From Patescibacteria group bacterium (GTDB lineage: Bacteria; Patescibacteriota; Microgenomatia; JAMCZE01), in assembly GCA_023380635.1 (NCBI GenBank), contig JAMCRP010000001.1:173305-237304 (forward strand): a stretch of DNA of 64,000 bases, given 5' to 3'. Below, one piece after another: positions 48,191-58,264 of this stretch (the stretch's first letter is position 1; every line of letters begins with the position of its first letter). The translations under genes were made by a program, and so were the position numbers. The notes under the pieces are model-generated. The model worked only from the letters and a program-made list of their open reading frames with translations. It made no database searches and was not told the DNA's origin.

Positions 48191-49265
48191 GAATCGTCAA
48201 CTTATACATTGAGAGCATGTCTTTTTTGATTTTTTCTAATTCACCATCAATTAAGACAAGTTTTCTTCCCGCTAACGCCATTTTTTGATATTTTTGCGGG
48301 TGACGCAAAATTTCCACGATTCCTTCAGCCATTTTTTTAACATTACCCACCGGAACCACATAGCCGGTTTTGTTCTGAATCACAATCTCGCCGGCGCAAC
48401 CGGTATTGGTCATTATTACCGGCGTTCCCCGGGCCAGAGCCTCTAAACAAACCAACGCCCAGCCTTCATGATTACTGGAAAGAGCAAATAAAGAAGCTTT
48501 CTCCACTATTTTTTTAATTTCATCCGGCTTCTTCCAGCCTAAGACATTTGCCCCATCTCCGATATTTTTCCGCTCTTCTCCATCCCCCACAATCCATAAT
48601 TCTATATTAGGTATTTGCTTTCTGGCTATATTGACCGCCTCTACTAATGACGGAAAATTTTTCTGTTTAGCTATCCGGCCAACTGTAACAATTAGATCTT
48701 TCTGGCGTTTAGCTTTTTTTACCGGTCTGAGAAACTCTTCGTTGATTCTTACGCCAACATAGCCAATCTTATTCTTCAAACCCGGATACCTGCGTTTAAT
48801 ATCATCGCGAATGTGGTTGTTCCTTGCTCTGACGCTGTCTGCCTGAGTCAAAACCAGTAATCCCAAATAATAGAGAAAGCGGTTAAACAGCGACTCTTCC
48901 CTAAAATACCGGCTGTTAAAAAACTCGCTATGGATTTGAATATTCAAAGGATACTTGAGAAACCGTTTAACTAAAATCCCGGCAACCCCGGTAGCAAACG
49001 GATCCTGGGCGCTGATTAAATCAAATTTTGTATCGATATCCCGGACAATTTTTAGGGTATCCAGAACATAACTAAATTTATTTGTACTGTTTGTGGGGAT
49101 TATTTTTAAATTCCTCCGGCTAACGGCTCTTTTATTTTCTTTCTCCAAAGTAAAAACAATGACCGTTAAACCGGAAAGAGCGGAAGCATAAAATTGGTGC
49201 CGTCGGAAGACATCAGAGGTGGGGTCAAATAAACATTTATCCAGACTAATTGTTAGAACGTTCAT
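48171..49265 (-). CDS. GT4 glycosyltransferase
   Basis: QDPF, GRIAKQKN, HEGWALVCLEA; start set at MNVLT. Confidence 0.9.
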   Translation of the reverse strand: MNVLTISLDKCLFDPTSDVFRRHQFYASALSGLTVIVFTLEKENKRAVSRRNLKIIPTNSTNKFSYVLDTLKIVRDIDTKFDLISAQDPFATGVAGILVKRFLKYPLNIQIHSEFFNSRYFREESLFNRFLYYLGLLVLTQADSVRARNNHIRDDIKRRYPGLKNKIGYVGVRINEEFLRPVKKAKRQKDLIVTVGRIAKQKNFPSLVEAVNIARKQIPNIELWIVGDGEERKNIGDGANVLGWKKPDEIKKIVEKASLFALSSNHEGWALVCLEALARGTPVIMTNTGCAGEIVIQNKTGYVVPVGNVKKMAEGIVEILRHPQKYQKMALAGRKLVLIDGELEKIKKDMLSMYKLTIHDTNYN

Positions 49266-50913
49266 AGTTAACACTAAGATCAGAAACAACTATCCGCCAT
49301 TGATCCGTTACCCCCGGACGGGCGGAACATAAGCTATACTTTGACTTATATGCTGTCCCTAAATAGAACTCCTTGATTTTATCATTTAGTCCAAGATAAC
49401 GCCGGAGTTGTAAGGGGTGATTGTTTAAATCCACGTTAAGGCAGCTTCGGTTCGTATAAGCCGCTGTCAAATTGGCTTGCAAACTTTTCCAGCCCCGATC
49501 TTCAAGAAAGCCCCTGGTTGTTAGGGAAAAATTCCGCCTAAGATTAGCCAACGGGGGAGGATAAGTTTCTGTAAAGCGTTCACTAACTTTAAAACTAGTG
49601 TTAAAGAATGTAGAGCCGGTATAAATTGCTGAATAACAAATTAAAACAGCAAGCAATAGCCAAAATCTTTTGAAACTAAAAACCAGAGTTACAATTAACG
49701 GAACAGTTAAAAAATAAAGATAATAAACCCTTATACCGTTGGAGAGAAAAAAAGCCGTAGTTACAAATATTAACGTGAGAATAAATTTGTTTGGTTTCAA
49801 AACTAGACTTACAGCAAAGGCTAAAAACAGAATGAGCCCATACTGGTCAGTAAGAATCGACAAAAAATTATAAACATTCTGCAATGGTGAGAATTGCACC
49901 ATCGAAGCTCCTGGATTCGTTGGCGTGTGAAAGATCCTTGAAAAAAATATATCCATGTAACCTGTAGAAAGATAAGCGCCAAGATTGTAAACAATTACTG
50001 GAAGAAACATCAGTAAAAAAATTGTCAGAAACCTTGCCCGAAACTTGGTAAAAAGCAGAGCAACCGGAACAAAAATAACCGCCACTGCCTTTACTAACAT
50101 TGCTCCTCCCAAAAAAATTGAACTTAAAATAAGATACTCATTTTTCTTTGTTTTTAAATGCCGGGTATAGAAGTAAAGAAACAAAACTAGATAAAAACCT
50201 AAAAACATTTCCCGTTGGAAAATTCTGCTTAGAAAAACGTGATAATTGTTTACGGCTAACAAAAGTGCACCTAAAAATGCTAATTTTTGGTCTTCTGCAA
50301 TCTCTAAAATTAAATAATAAGTTACTCCAACAGTAATGACCCCTAACATTGCCGGGGCAGCACGATACATCCAGTCAGATAAAAGATCCAATCCATGTGG
50401 TTCTAGAATTTGCATAGTAAAGTGCTGGATATACATTGTTAAGGGTGGATGAGCTGAAAAAGATAAAACATACGCTTTCCTCCCGGCAAAAATACCGTCT
50501 ACAAGGTTATAAGCTTGATAACCGAGATCGTACTCATCACTATTTAAATCCGCACGGTTAAGCTGGTAAAAAGAAAAGAAAACCGAAACTAAAATTGGAA
50601 TAACTACTAGCCAGTTAATCTTTAAGTTCAGTTTGAGAGTCTCTTTCTTTTTAACGAAGAAAACTAACAACCAGGCTAAAAGATGTAAGCCAACAAGCAT
50701 CATCAGATCTCCTGACAAATGTGGACCAAAAATCGCTGCCGCACTCTGGCCCTCCCGTAAGACATTTAAAAATCCTGCCGGATAAGTCAAAAGAAGACTT
50801 AGACCAATAGAGCTGAAAATCCTTTCCGCCCAAGATTTGGGGTTATCTAAAAGTAAAAGACTTAACGGGTAGCCGGAAAATAAGTAAACAAAAAATAAAA
50901 GTATCGGTGTCAT
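49246..50913 (-). CDS. GT-C (PMT_2-like) membrane glycosyltransferase with extra N-terminal TM helices
   Basis: DLNSDE, AHPPL, YRAAP, LSRIFQRE; start set at MTPILL (TGATG junction). Confidence 0.8.
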   Translation of the reverse strand: MTPILLFFVYLFSGYPLSLLLLDNPKSWAERIFSSIGLSLLLTYPAGFLNVLREGQSAAAIFGPHLSGDLMMLVGLHLLAWLLVFFVKKKETLKLNLKINWLVVIPILVSVFFSFYQLNRADLNSDEYDLGYQAYNLVDGIFAGRKAYVLSFSAHPPLTMYIQHFTMQILEPHGLDLLSDWMYRAAPAMLGVITVGVTYYLILEIAEDQKLAFLGALLLAVNNYHVFLSRIFQREMFLGFYLVLFLYFYTRHLKTKKNEYLILSSIFLGGAMLVKAVAVIFVPVALLFTKFRARFLTIFLLMFLPVIVYNLGAYLSTGYMDIFFSRIFHTPTNPGASMVQFSPLQNVYNFLSILTDQYGLILFLAFAVSLVLKPNKFILTLIFVTTAFFLSNGIRVYYLYFLTVPLIVTLVFSFKRFWLLLAVLICYSAIYTGSTFFNTSFKVSERFTETYPPPLANLRRNFSLTTRGFLEDRGWKSLQANLTAAYTNRSCLNVDLNNHPLQLRRYLGLNDKIKEFYLGTAYKSKYSLCSARPGVTDQWRIVVSDLSVNYERSNN

Positions 50914-51986
50914 CAGGCTAGTTGTATTAAATGCTCTTCGACTTTCCGGGAGATGTTGCCCCAATCGTATTTTTCTGCTACCAGCATTCTGGCGTTTCTG
51001 ACTAATTTCTCGCGTAACTTGGAGTCTTTATATATTTTCTCTATTGCTTGGGCCAACCCAGTGGGATCGTCGGGAGTTACCAATAAACCAGTCTTATTGT
51101 TATCAAGGAAATCGATTATCCCTCCAACCGGGGTGCCGATTACCGGTATCCCGGCCGCCATCGCTTCAATAAAAGAATTCCCGAAACCCTCAAAACGGGA
51201 TGGTCGAACAAACAAATCACTCTTAGCCAATAATTGCGGGATCTTCTCCGAATCAACGCGGCCCAGAAAAACTATTTTATCGGTTAGGCCTAGTTTAGTT
51301 ACTAAATTTTCCAGCTCCCGTCTTTGCGGTCCTTCGCCGGCAACAGTTAATTCAAAAGGTATATCCAGGTCCCCGCAGGCTTCAATCAGGGTGTCAATGC
51401 CATTACGCGGTATCAATGATGACGTTGTAATAATTTTGATTTTTGAATTTTTTTGAGATTGGGAATTTTGAACTTGAAACTTGGCAGTGTCTACACCATT
51501 AGGTATTATCACCACTTTTTTGGCACCGTATTTTTTTGCTAAACCGGCGCTATAGCTGCTGACCGCAGCGACAGTATCCATGTATCTTAGCGGAAACATC
51601 AGCACGGTATTAAACATCGGGCCTAAATATTTCTGAAAGACTTGGGCCGCCCGCCCTTTGCCCACCCATTCTTCCGTGGCCAGGTTTGGGTTCTGGCAGG
51701 TGACATAGACCGGTTTTCGCGTTAAAAGTTTTAGAAATAAACCGGCCCAACACAAATATTCCTGTTTTAACCAGATGATGTCAAACTTTTCCTTTAAAAC
51801 CTCGGGGATAACAAAAATTGAGTACGTCAGCCAGCTAAGATTGGGAATTTTCGGGTAAGAGATTTCGTTTATTAGTGTTACCTTCTCAAAACTTGGAGCT
51901 ATCCGTTTTAAAACTTCAACGAAATGCGCCTCGGCGCCGCCAATTTTTTTTGGATCGAAACCTCCGCCAATTGCCAGAAGCTTCAT
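50913..51986 (-). CDS. GT4 glycosyltransferase
   Basis: GGAE, IPNGVD, EGFGNSFIEAMAAG. Confidence 0.92.
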   Translation of the reverse strand: MKLLAIGGGFDPKKIGGAEAHFVEVLKRIAPSFEKVTLINEISYPKIPNLSWLTYSIFVIPEVLKEKFDIIWLKQEYLCWAGLFLKLLTRKPVYVTCQNPNLATEEWVGKGRAAQVFQKYLGPMFNTVLMFPLRYMDTVAAVSSYSAGLAKKYGAKKVVIIPNGVDTAKFQVQNSQSQKNSKIKIITTSSLIPRNGIDTLIEACGDLDIPFELTVAGEGPQRRELENLVTKLGLTDKIVFLGRVDSEKIPQLLAKSDLFVRPSRFEGFGNSFIEAMAAGIPVIGTPVGGIIDFLDNNKTGLLVTPDDPTGLAQAIEKIYKDSKLREKLVRNARMLVAEKYDWGNISRKVEEHLIQLA

Positions 51987-53305
51987 TTGTTTTCTCCTTT
52001 TAGGGAAATTCTTCCTCCGGGATAGTAATAGATGGTCTTATACGACGGATTTATCTCGCTTGGGTCAAGAGTATAAATCACCGGCCGGTTGGCGTAATAG
52101 GAGGCAAACCAGCCGTCGAAGGGAACGCTGGGGTCAAAACTGACAACTTGCACTTTGTCCGTCGGCATTGTGTTGGCTCCGGCATATTCCCCAATCCTCG
52201 CGCTCTCGCGGTATAAACTGCTGTCTTCCAAGGCCATAATAAAATTCCAACGCGCGGCAATCATCACCACCACAAGCAAAGCGACAAGCCAATAAGGCCG
52301 GATAACCAGGGCCGTAGACAAGGCTAGAAAAGGCCAAAAATAGATCAGCAGATAATCATGTCGGGAAGCCGCGTCGCGAAAAACCAGGGGATAAATTACC
52401 GCGTACATCAAAAATAAGATAGTAATTCTATTTCTTTTCCAAACCAAGCCAATAGCAGCCAGAGGCACCAACAAAAAGTAATAAGCCCACGACCAGCTGG
52501 CCAAAGTTCTTACATACCAGACCATATTAACCCCGGATGTTCTTAACAGAAATATTTCCCGCAAGCCTCCGCCAAAAAAATCGTTGGTCACAAAGTGGTC
52601 ATGGAGTAAGTGGATGCCAAACAGGGCCGGGGCGGTAATAAAAAGCAGCAGATATTTTTTATTCCAGGATTTTGTCAAAAAAGCATGGAGGGCAATCGCC
52701 GGCACGAGGAAAAATCCCGGCCAGGTTAAAAGTTCAGCCGCGGTAATGGCCGCAAACATGGGCCAGAATTTTTTGTTCAGATAAAACCAGAAGGAGAGCA
52801 GAACAAAAAACATCAAAGGAATCTCGTGGACGGGCATTTTTCCAAAATAGATAAACATTGGAGTTACCAGCCAGAAAAAAGAAGCGATGATTGCCGTTTT
52901 TCGATCTAAGAATTTCTCGGCAATTTTATAAAAGACAGCTATTGCCCCCAGCGAGAAAACCATGGCCATCAGCCGCGAAACCCAGTTGGCTATCCCGAAG
53001 ACTTTAAAAAAGAGGGCCCACAACAAAGCGAAGGCAGGCAGGAAATGGAAATTATAATCGTATTCTAATAGGTTGTTTACCGGTCCCGCGTTGAGGGTCA
53101 TGGCGAAAGAGGTTTTAAACGGACCGTTGACAGCGAAATTTTTGGCCACCTGTCCCCAATACACCCCATTCCAGTCATGATGTCCCCAGAAAGGTTTATT
53201 GAGGTTGTAGCTTAGAATAAGCGTGGCTGTAAGAAGAATAATAAACAGCGGCGACCTTATCCCAGGAATAGTTTTTCTTAACAAATTCGTAACCGTTTTC
53301 ACCAT
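51983..53305 (-). CDS. GT-C (PMT_2/ArnT-like) membrane glycosyltransferase; start uncertain
   Basis: KPFWGHHDWN, HFLP, SRL, IYFGKMPVHE, HDY; related in style to the C-half of 18409-21510. Confidence 0.8.
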   Translation of the reverse strand: MVKTVTNLLRKTIPGIRSPLFIILLTATLILSYNLNKPFWGHHDWNGVYWGQVAKNFAVNGPFKTSFAMTLNAGPVNNLLEYDYNFHFLPAFALLWALFFKVFGIANWVSRLMAMVFSLGAIAVFYKIAEKFLDRKTAIIASFFWLVTPMFIYFGKMPVHEIPLMFFVLLSFWFYLNKKFWPMFAAITAAELLTWPGFFLVPAIALHAFLTKSWNKKYLLLFITAPALFGIHLLHDHFVTNDFFGGGLREIFLLRTSGVNMVWYVRTLASWSWAYYFLLVPLAAIGLVWKRNRITILFLMYAVIYPLVFRDAASRHDYLLIYFWPFLALSTALVIRPYWLVALLVVVMIAARWNFIMALEDSSLYRESARIGEYAGANTMPTDKVQVVSFDPSVPFDGWFASYYANRPVIYTLDPSEINPSYKTIYYYPGGRISLKGENK

Positions 53306-54164
53306 AATTCTTCTTATCCTTAATTATAACCCGAATAGCGTCCGCCAACTGGACGGCATTCCCGGGCGCCACTATTAATCCACATTTTGCTGTCTCAATC
53401 AATTTTTTACAATCCCCGACATCAGTGGCCACTATGGGCAGCTTGCTGGCCATAGCTTCCAGAAGAACTATTGGCAGTCCTTCAGACAGTGACGGCAAGA
53501 CAAAAAGATCCGCCTGTTTGAAGCGTTGTATCTTCTCCCGGCCGTAAATCCCGTCGGCCAGATCCAGCTCAACTTTGGGATTATCAATCTTTTTAACGGC
53601 TTCCTCCAGAAATCTGACTCCTTTTACCGGATCGTATTTCCGCCCGATCCAAAATATCCTGAACTTAGCCGGGTCCTTCTTTGCTTTGACAGCATCGAAT
53701 TCTTTGATATTAATCCCATTGCTCACAGTCAAATAACCATCCAGGTTGCCAGCAGAAAAACGATAATCAAACGGCCAAACCCGAAGGACCAGCCATAACC
53801 ACAATCGGCCAATTCCCAGACTGTCCAGTAGTCCTCCGCCAACCATTTTTTTCCCCAGTCCGTGGACAGTAACCGCTGTTTTTTTGTCCCGCAATTTTAC
53901 AATCGGCAGAAAGGCACTTGTGGAAAAATTATGGCTATGATAAATATCGTAGTCAGAGGTAAATAAGAATCTTAAAACCCAAAAGGCGAACCAGACCCGG
54001 TGGAAAAAATTAGAAAACTTAAACTTTGGATTAATAAGCGTCGGGGCGATAATATCAACCTGATACTCATATTTTTCTTTCAGGATTTTTGCAACCTGCT
54101 TAACATGTTCCTGACCGCCGCCCCAAACCGGCAGCCAGGCATCGGTCAGCATGCAAATTTTCAT
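53196..54164 (-). CDS. GT4 glycosyltransferase (compact)
   Basis: PVWGGGQ, SNGI, VKG, SEGLPIVLLEAMAS. Confidence 0.9.
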   Translation of the reverse strand: MKICMLTDAWLPVWGGGQEHVKQVAKILKEKYEYQVDIIAPTLINPKFKFSNFFHRVWFAFWVLRFLFTSDYDIYHSHNFSTSAFLPIVKLRDKKTAVTVHGLGKKMVGGGLLDSLGIGRLWLWLVLRVWPFDYRFSAGNLDGYLTVSNGINIKEFDAVKAKKDPAKFRIFWIGRKYDPVKGVRFLEEAVKKIDNPKVELDLADGIYGREKIQRFKQADLFVLPSLSEGLPIVLLEAMASKLPIVATDVGDCKKLIETAKCGLIVAPGNAVQLADAIRVIIKDKKNYGENGYEFVKKNYSWDKVAAVYYSSYSHAYSKLQPQ

Positions 54165-55294
54165 ATTTCTTTAGCGTATACCCGCAAAGTTTCTCCGGCG
54201 GCAGTTTCCAGAGTATTTGCGCCGGCAAACCGTGTGGCTCTTTCCTTTAATTTCTGGTATTTATTTTTATCTTTAACCAACTCTTCCAACTTATCAGCTA
54301 AGTCCCGCGGATCGCCGGTTTTAAAAAGCAGCCCAGCCTGGCTTTTTTGGGCGATTTCCTGATTAACGGGGATATCACTATTCACAAACGGCAAACCGCA
54401 GCCGGCCGCTTCCAGAGTTACGATTCCGAAGCCTTCAATGGCCGACGGCAAGCAAAAAATTTGGCTTTGCGCCATTTGTTTTAACACCTCTTCATGAGGA
54501 AGGTTTCCCAAAAACCGCACCTGGTTTTTGACCCCCAGGTTTTCTGCTAGTTTTTCCAGCTTACTCTTCTGTGGCCCGTCGCCAACAATTTTGTATGCCA
54601 AAATAATTCCCCGTTTTTTAAGTTCCGAAATTGCTTTAATAACCGTGTCGTTATGCTTATATCCGACCAGACGATTGACCGAGATTATCTCTTTTATTGG
54701 ATTCAATTTTTTGTTATTGGAAATTACTTCAATCCCAGGATAAATAACAGAAATCTTTGAAGCTTTTATCCCTTTTTTCTCCAGTTTTTCCCGGGTCATT
54801 TCACTTAGGGCAATGTAATTATCGGCCCTGATAGTAAAACCCAGCCATTCGTTAACAAAATTAACAGAACCATTTATCAAACCCAAGGCCTTAACCCAGC
54901 CCCGAAAGCCCAAAATATCCGGAACCCAATAGACCAATTTCTTTCTTTTCAATCTGGCAATTAAAAAAGAGGCCACATAAACTGCGGTGTTGTTGGCGTC
55001 AACTACCTCAAAATCAGTTTTGAGGCCGTTAGGAATTAAACTTAAAGCAAAAAGGAGTCGGGAAAGATCAGAACCGGATTGAACATAACTATATTTCGGG
55101 CCGATTCTTATAACTTTGATTCCGCTCCAATTATCGTTCCTGCCAGTTCCCGGTAAATTGGCCGTTAACACTGTTACCTCATGCCCGCTCTTTGCCAATT
55201 GTTTAGCCAGATAATAAGTCCGCGTTTCGCAGCCGCCGGTAATTTCGCCCCCGTCTTCAACCGGAAAAAACTCGGAAAGCAGAAGAATCTTCAT
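54161..55294 (-). CDS. GT4 glycosyltransferase
   Basis: TGGCE, NRLVGYK, EGFGIVTLEA. Confidence 0.92.
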   Translation of the reverse strand: MKILLLSEFFPVEDGGEITGGCETRTYYLAKQLAKSGHEVTVLTANLPGTGRNDNWSGIKVIRIGPKYSYVQSGSDLSRLLFALSLIPNGLKTDFEVVDANNTAVYVASFLIARLKRKKLVYWVPDILGFRGWVKALGLINGSVNFVNEWLGFTIRADNYIALSEMTREKLEKKGIKASKISVIYPGIEVISNNKKLNPIKEIISVNRLVGYKHNDTVIKAISELKKRGIILAYKIVGDGPQKSKLEKLAENLGVKNQVRFLGNLPHEEVLKQMAQSQIFCLPSAIEGFGIVTLEAAGCGLPFVNSDIPVNQEIAQKSQAGLLFKTGDPRDLADKLEELVKDKNKYQKLKERATRFAGANTLETAAGETLRVYAKEI

Positions 55295-55298
55295 AGGG

Positions 55299-55625
55299 CT
55301 ATTTCTTGTCCTGAAGCGCGATCTTGCGAACCAGTTCCGTGATTTCGTGGCGAATATCTTCCATGAGAACGTATGCCCGGAACATGAGATAGAAAAGAGT
55401 AACTATCGACGCATAAACAATTAAGTCCACTCCCCGACCGATTCCCAAAAACTGGGCAAAGTGAGTAGTTTCGTTGGGAAAAACTACTACTGTGATCGCC
55501 CCGCTGAAAAGGATAGCCCAAAACCCAAATTCAGCCACCGACACCTTGTGGTCACGTAAACGGAGAAACACCCGGCTAAGGGCAAACAGCAGAGAGACGA
55601 TTAAGATGATCTGAATTATATTCAT
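55299..55625 (-). CDS. DUF2304 membrane protein (GacJ/Rv3632-like)
   Basis: 3 TM, LGIGRGVDL, ITELVRKIAL; ATGA-coupled to the upstream GT2. Confidence 0.88.
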   Translation of the reverse strand: MNIIQIILIVSLLFALSRVFLRLRDHKVSVAEFGFWAILFSGAITVVVFPNETTHFAQFLGIGRGVDLIVYASIVTLFYLMFRAYVLMEDIRHEITELVRKIALQDKK

Positions 55626-56299
55626 CGAAATAATCTTAAGAGCATGCCTTTGCCCACGCTTACAGCCTGCCAAAGCGACGGGTCGTTATGCGAATGGTTC
55701 TGGCTGTATTCAGTATAAATCGGTTTAATGGAAATTTCCTTTAACCTTAAATTATTGCGCCTGATTTCCATAAAAAACTCGTTGCTGACTTCCATTCTAT
55801 CAGTTTTAATGGCTATTTTTTCAATCGCTTGTCGGTTGAAAGCCCTAAGCCCAGAAGTCGTATCGGTTGTCCAGATGTGGTACAGCAGTAAAGTCGCAAG
55901 GTTGCTGGCATAATTGACTGCTGTCCGGGCCAACGGCATACCCCGGGGATTAATCAGCCGGCTGCCGATAACGACATCCGCTTGTTCGTTTTTAATTGGT
56001 AATATCAGCTTTTCCAAATCTTTAGCCTTATGTTGCCCGTCTCCATCGAAAGTAATCAATAATTCGTGGCCCTTGCGCCGGGCATACTCAAACCCGGTTC
56101 CCAGCGCCGCCCCCAGACCTCGGTTGACCACATGCCGCAAAACCGTTGCTTTTTTCTCCGCCGCAACCTTACTGGTCTGATCCGTGGAGCCATCGTCTAC
56201 AACCAGAATATCTCTATAACCATAAGATTGGAGATCACCAATCACTTCGCCAATTTTCTTTTCTTCATTATGAGCCGGAACCACAATTAAAGTTTTCAT
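55622..56299 (-). CDS. GT2 polyprenol-phosphate-sugar synthase (GacI/PpgS/DPM1-like)
   Basis: PAHNEE, VDDGSTD, NRGLGAALGTG, FDGDGQH, IGSR, TDTTSGLRA. Confidence 0.9.
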   Translation of the reverse strand: MKTLIVVPAHNEEKKIGEVIGDLQSYGYRDILVVDDGSTDQTSKVAAEKKATVLRHVVNRGLGAALGTGFEYARRKGHELLITFDGDGQHKAKDLEKLILPIKNEQADVVIGSRLINPRGMPLARTAVNYASNLATLLLYHIWTTDTTSGLRAFNRQAIEKIAIKTDRMEVSNEFFMEIRRNNLRLKEISIKPIYTEYSQNHSHNDPSLWQAVSVGKGMLLRLFR

Positions 56300-57327
56300 C
56301 AGCTAACCCAATAGCCACGGGTAAAAAGCGCGGTAAGTATCCCCAATAGTACAACAAAAAAAGACAAAATTGCCAGCTTAAGGCGGGTATTTTTTATTGC
56401 AGCCAGGCCGATATAGATCGGAAAAATTGTTAACAGGTATCGTGGCATGGAAGAAAGCGTCCCCGAAAACGATGGTAATAAAAAGGCCGCCCAGGAGAAA
56501 ATTGCCCAGGAAACGGGTATTTTCCTTCGCGCGGATAACCAAAACAGGACTGCGGCTCCAAAAAGAAAAGCAACGAATTCCAGACCGGCGATCCAATAAT
56601 CATAATGGGCGGGGTTGGCCGTAAAAAATATTTTCAAATAGCGAAACAGGACCTGTAAAGGATTAACGAGGGTTGAAAACGAGTCCGCGCGGCCGTTTTG
56701 GAAAGCACTTTGGGCTGATAGGAAAAACAGCGGTTTCCCAAAGCGAATTCCCAGGTACAATGAATATGCCGCCAATCCCAACCAGGCAAACGGATGGAGA
56801 AAAGATCCGACCAGCCGCGTCGCCCCGGCGGGGATGCTGAAAAATTTTGAATAGGAATAGGTCAGCAAAACCAGGAGGAGAAAAAACGATTCCGTATAGA
56901 TTGCGCCGAAGAAAAATGATGTCGGGAAAGCAAACAAAAAAGCCACCGCCCATTTATTTTTTGTGAGGCTATACAACACTATGGCTGCCAAAAGAATCGA
57001 AAGATTGGAAATGAGCAGACCGGCAACAAGAGGATTTAGAAAATTGGAGAAGAGGTTCATCAGCATCGGGTATAAAGGAAAAAAGACTTGAGTCCCAAAA
57101 CCGTCATAGCCGTTTTTCGCCAGCATAAGGTAATGGACACCATCAAAACTCCCCCACTGCCACAGCCACTGTGGCAGCCCGCTGCCTTTAAGAATGGTAT
57201 CAAAATAAGGAAAGCTGCCTTTAAATGGCAAATACCTTATCCCCAGGTACTCAAAAAACAGCAAACCAAACCGCCAAACTGCAAATATGACAAGAATAAA
57301 GGCATTATCACGCCAGAATTTTTTCAT
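56299..57327 (-). CDS. GT-C mannosyltransferase-like protein (PIG-V/GPI18, GT76-like)
   Basis: WGSFDGVHYL..AKNGY, FFPLYP, PTSFFFGAIYTES, SMPRY; start set at MKKFW. Confidence 0.82.
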   Translation of the reverse strand: MKKFWRDNAFILVIFAVWRFGLLFFEYLGIRYLPFKGSFPYFDTILKGSGLPQWLWQWGSFDGVHYLMLAKNGYDGFGTQVFFPLYPMLMNLFSNFLNPLVAGLLISNLSILLAAIVLYSLTKNKWAVAFLFAFPTSFFFGAIYTESFFLLLVLLTYSYSKFFSIPAGATRLVGSFLHPFAWLGLAAYSLYLGIRFGKPLFFLSAQSAFQNGRADSFSTLVNPLQVLFRYLKIFFTANPAHYDYWIAGLEFVAFLFGAAVLFWLSARRKIPVSWAIFSWAAFLLPSFSGTLSSMPRYLLTIFPIYIGLAAIKNTRLKLAILSFFVVLLGILTALFTRGYWVS

Positions 57328-58264
57328 AGACTTCATAGGTTTGTTTTGCCGTTTTCGTCCAGGAAAACTTGGCCGCCTGAGCCAACTCTTTTCCAGATGG
57401 TTTAACCGCAACTATCTTATCAGCCATATCGTCAACATCTGTTACATCAGTATAGGTAGCCGCGTCGCCGGCAATTTCCGGCAGACTGCCATTTTTACCG
57501 CAAATGACCGGTGTCCCGCAGGCCATCGCTTCCAGAACCGGCAGTCCAAAACCCTCATAGATTGACGGTTGAACATAGACTTTTGCCCGGTTATAAAGTT
57601 TAACCAGCTCTGAAGTTTCCACAAATCCCCTGGCGATGACATTTTTACCGTCAATAAAAGACTGTACTTCTTTCAATGACCGGGCTTCGATATTGTTTCC
57701 CGCCGTCTGGGTAAACTCCTTTCCTACCAGCACGAGAGGAATATTAACCTTCCGGCAGGCCTCTACCAGAGGAACAACATTTTTATTCCAATTGCCACCG
57801 CCAACGTAAAGAACAAAGTTTTCTCTTTTTATTTTTAGCGGTTTAAAGGCTTCATCGGGGGCTAGATAAGTTACTTGTGACTGTAAACCTATTATTTGTT
57901 GAATATCTTTTTTCGAGCAAACAGAATCTGTGAGGATAGCGTCTACTTTACTTAAAAGAAACCGTTGCCAAGGCCAAACGATCTTTGCCCGCAACCCAAA
58001 TGGATAATGCTCAGGAAATTTTAGAGGGGTTACATCATGCAGTGTCACCACCGTTTTAGCAGTAGTAATTGGTGAAAGCGTCGGCCAGGAAAAATCAAAA
58101 TAGGGATAATGGACAATGTCAAATCCTGTAGTGGGTACATACGGTACATCAATCCAACGAACATCAACCAAAGGTTGCAAAGCTTCAAAGAGCCGCTTGG
58201 CATAAAAGCCAACACCCCTCACGGAGTGCCCCACTATCGGAGGTTTTACCATGGCAACTCTCAT
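57308..58264 (-). CDS. GT4 glycosyltransferase (MtfB-like, compact)
   Basis: RGVGFY, TLHDV, NKN, YEGFGLPVLEAMACG. Confidence 0.92.
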   Translation of the reverse strand: MRVAMVKPPIVGHSVRGVGFYAKRLFEALQPLVDVRWIDVPYVPTTGFDIVHYPYFDFSWPTLSPITTAKTVVTLHDVTPLKFPEHYPFGLRAKIVWPWQRFLLSKVDAILTDSVCSKKDIQQIIGLQSQVTYLAPDEAFKPLKIKRENFVLYVGGGNWNKNVVPLVEACRKVNIPLVLVGKEFTQTAGNNIEARSLKEVQSFIDGKNVIARGFVETSELVKLYNRAKVYVQPSIYEGFGLPVLEAMACGTPVICGKNGSLPEIAGDAATYTDVTDVDDMADKIVAVKPSGKELAQAAKFSWTKTAKQTYEVYEKILA

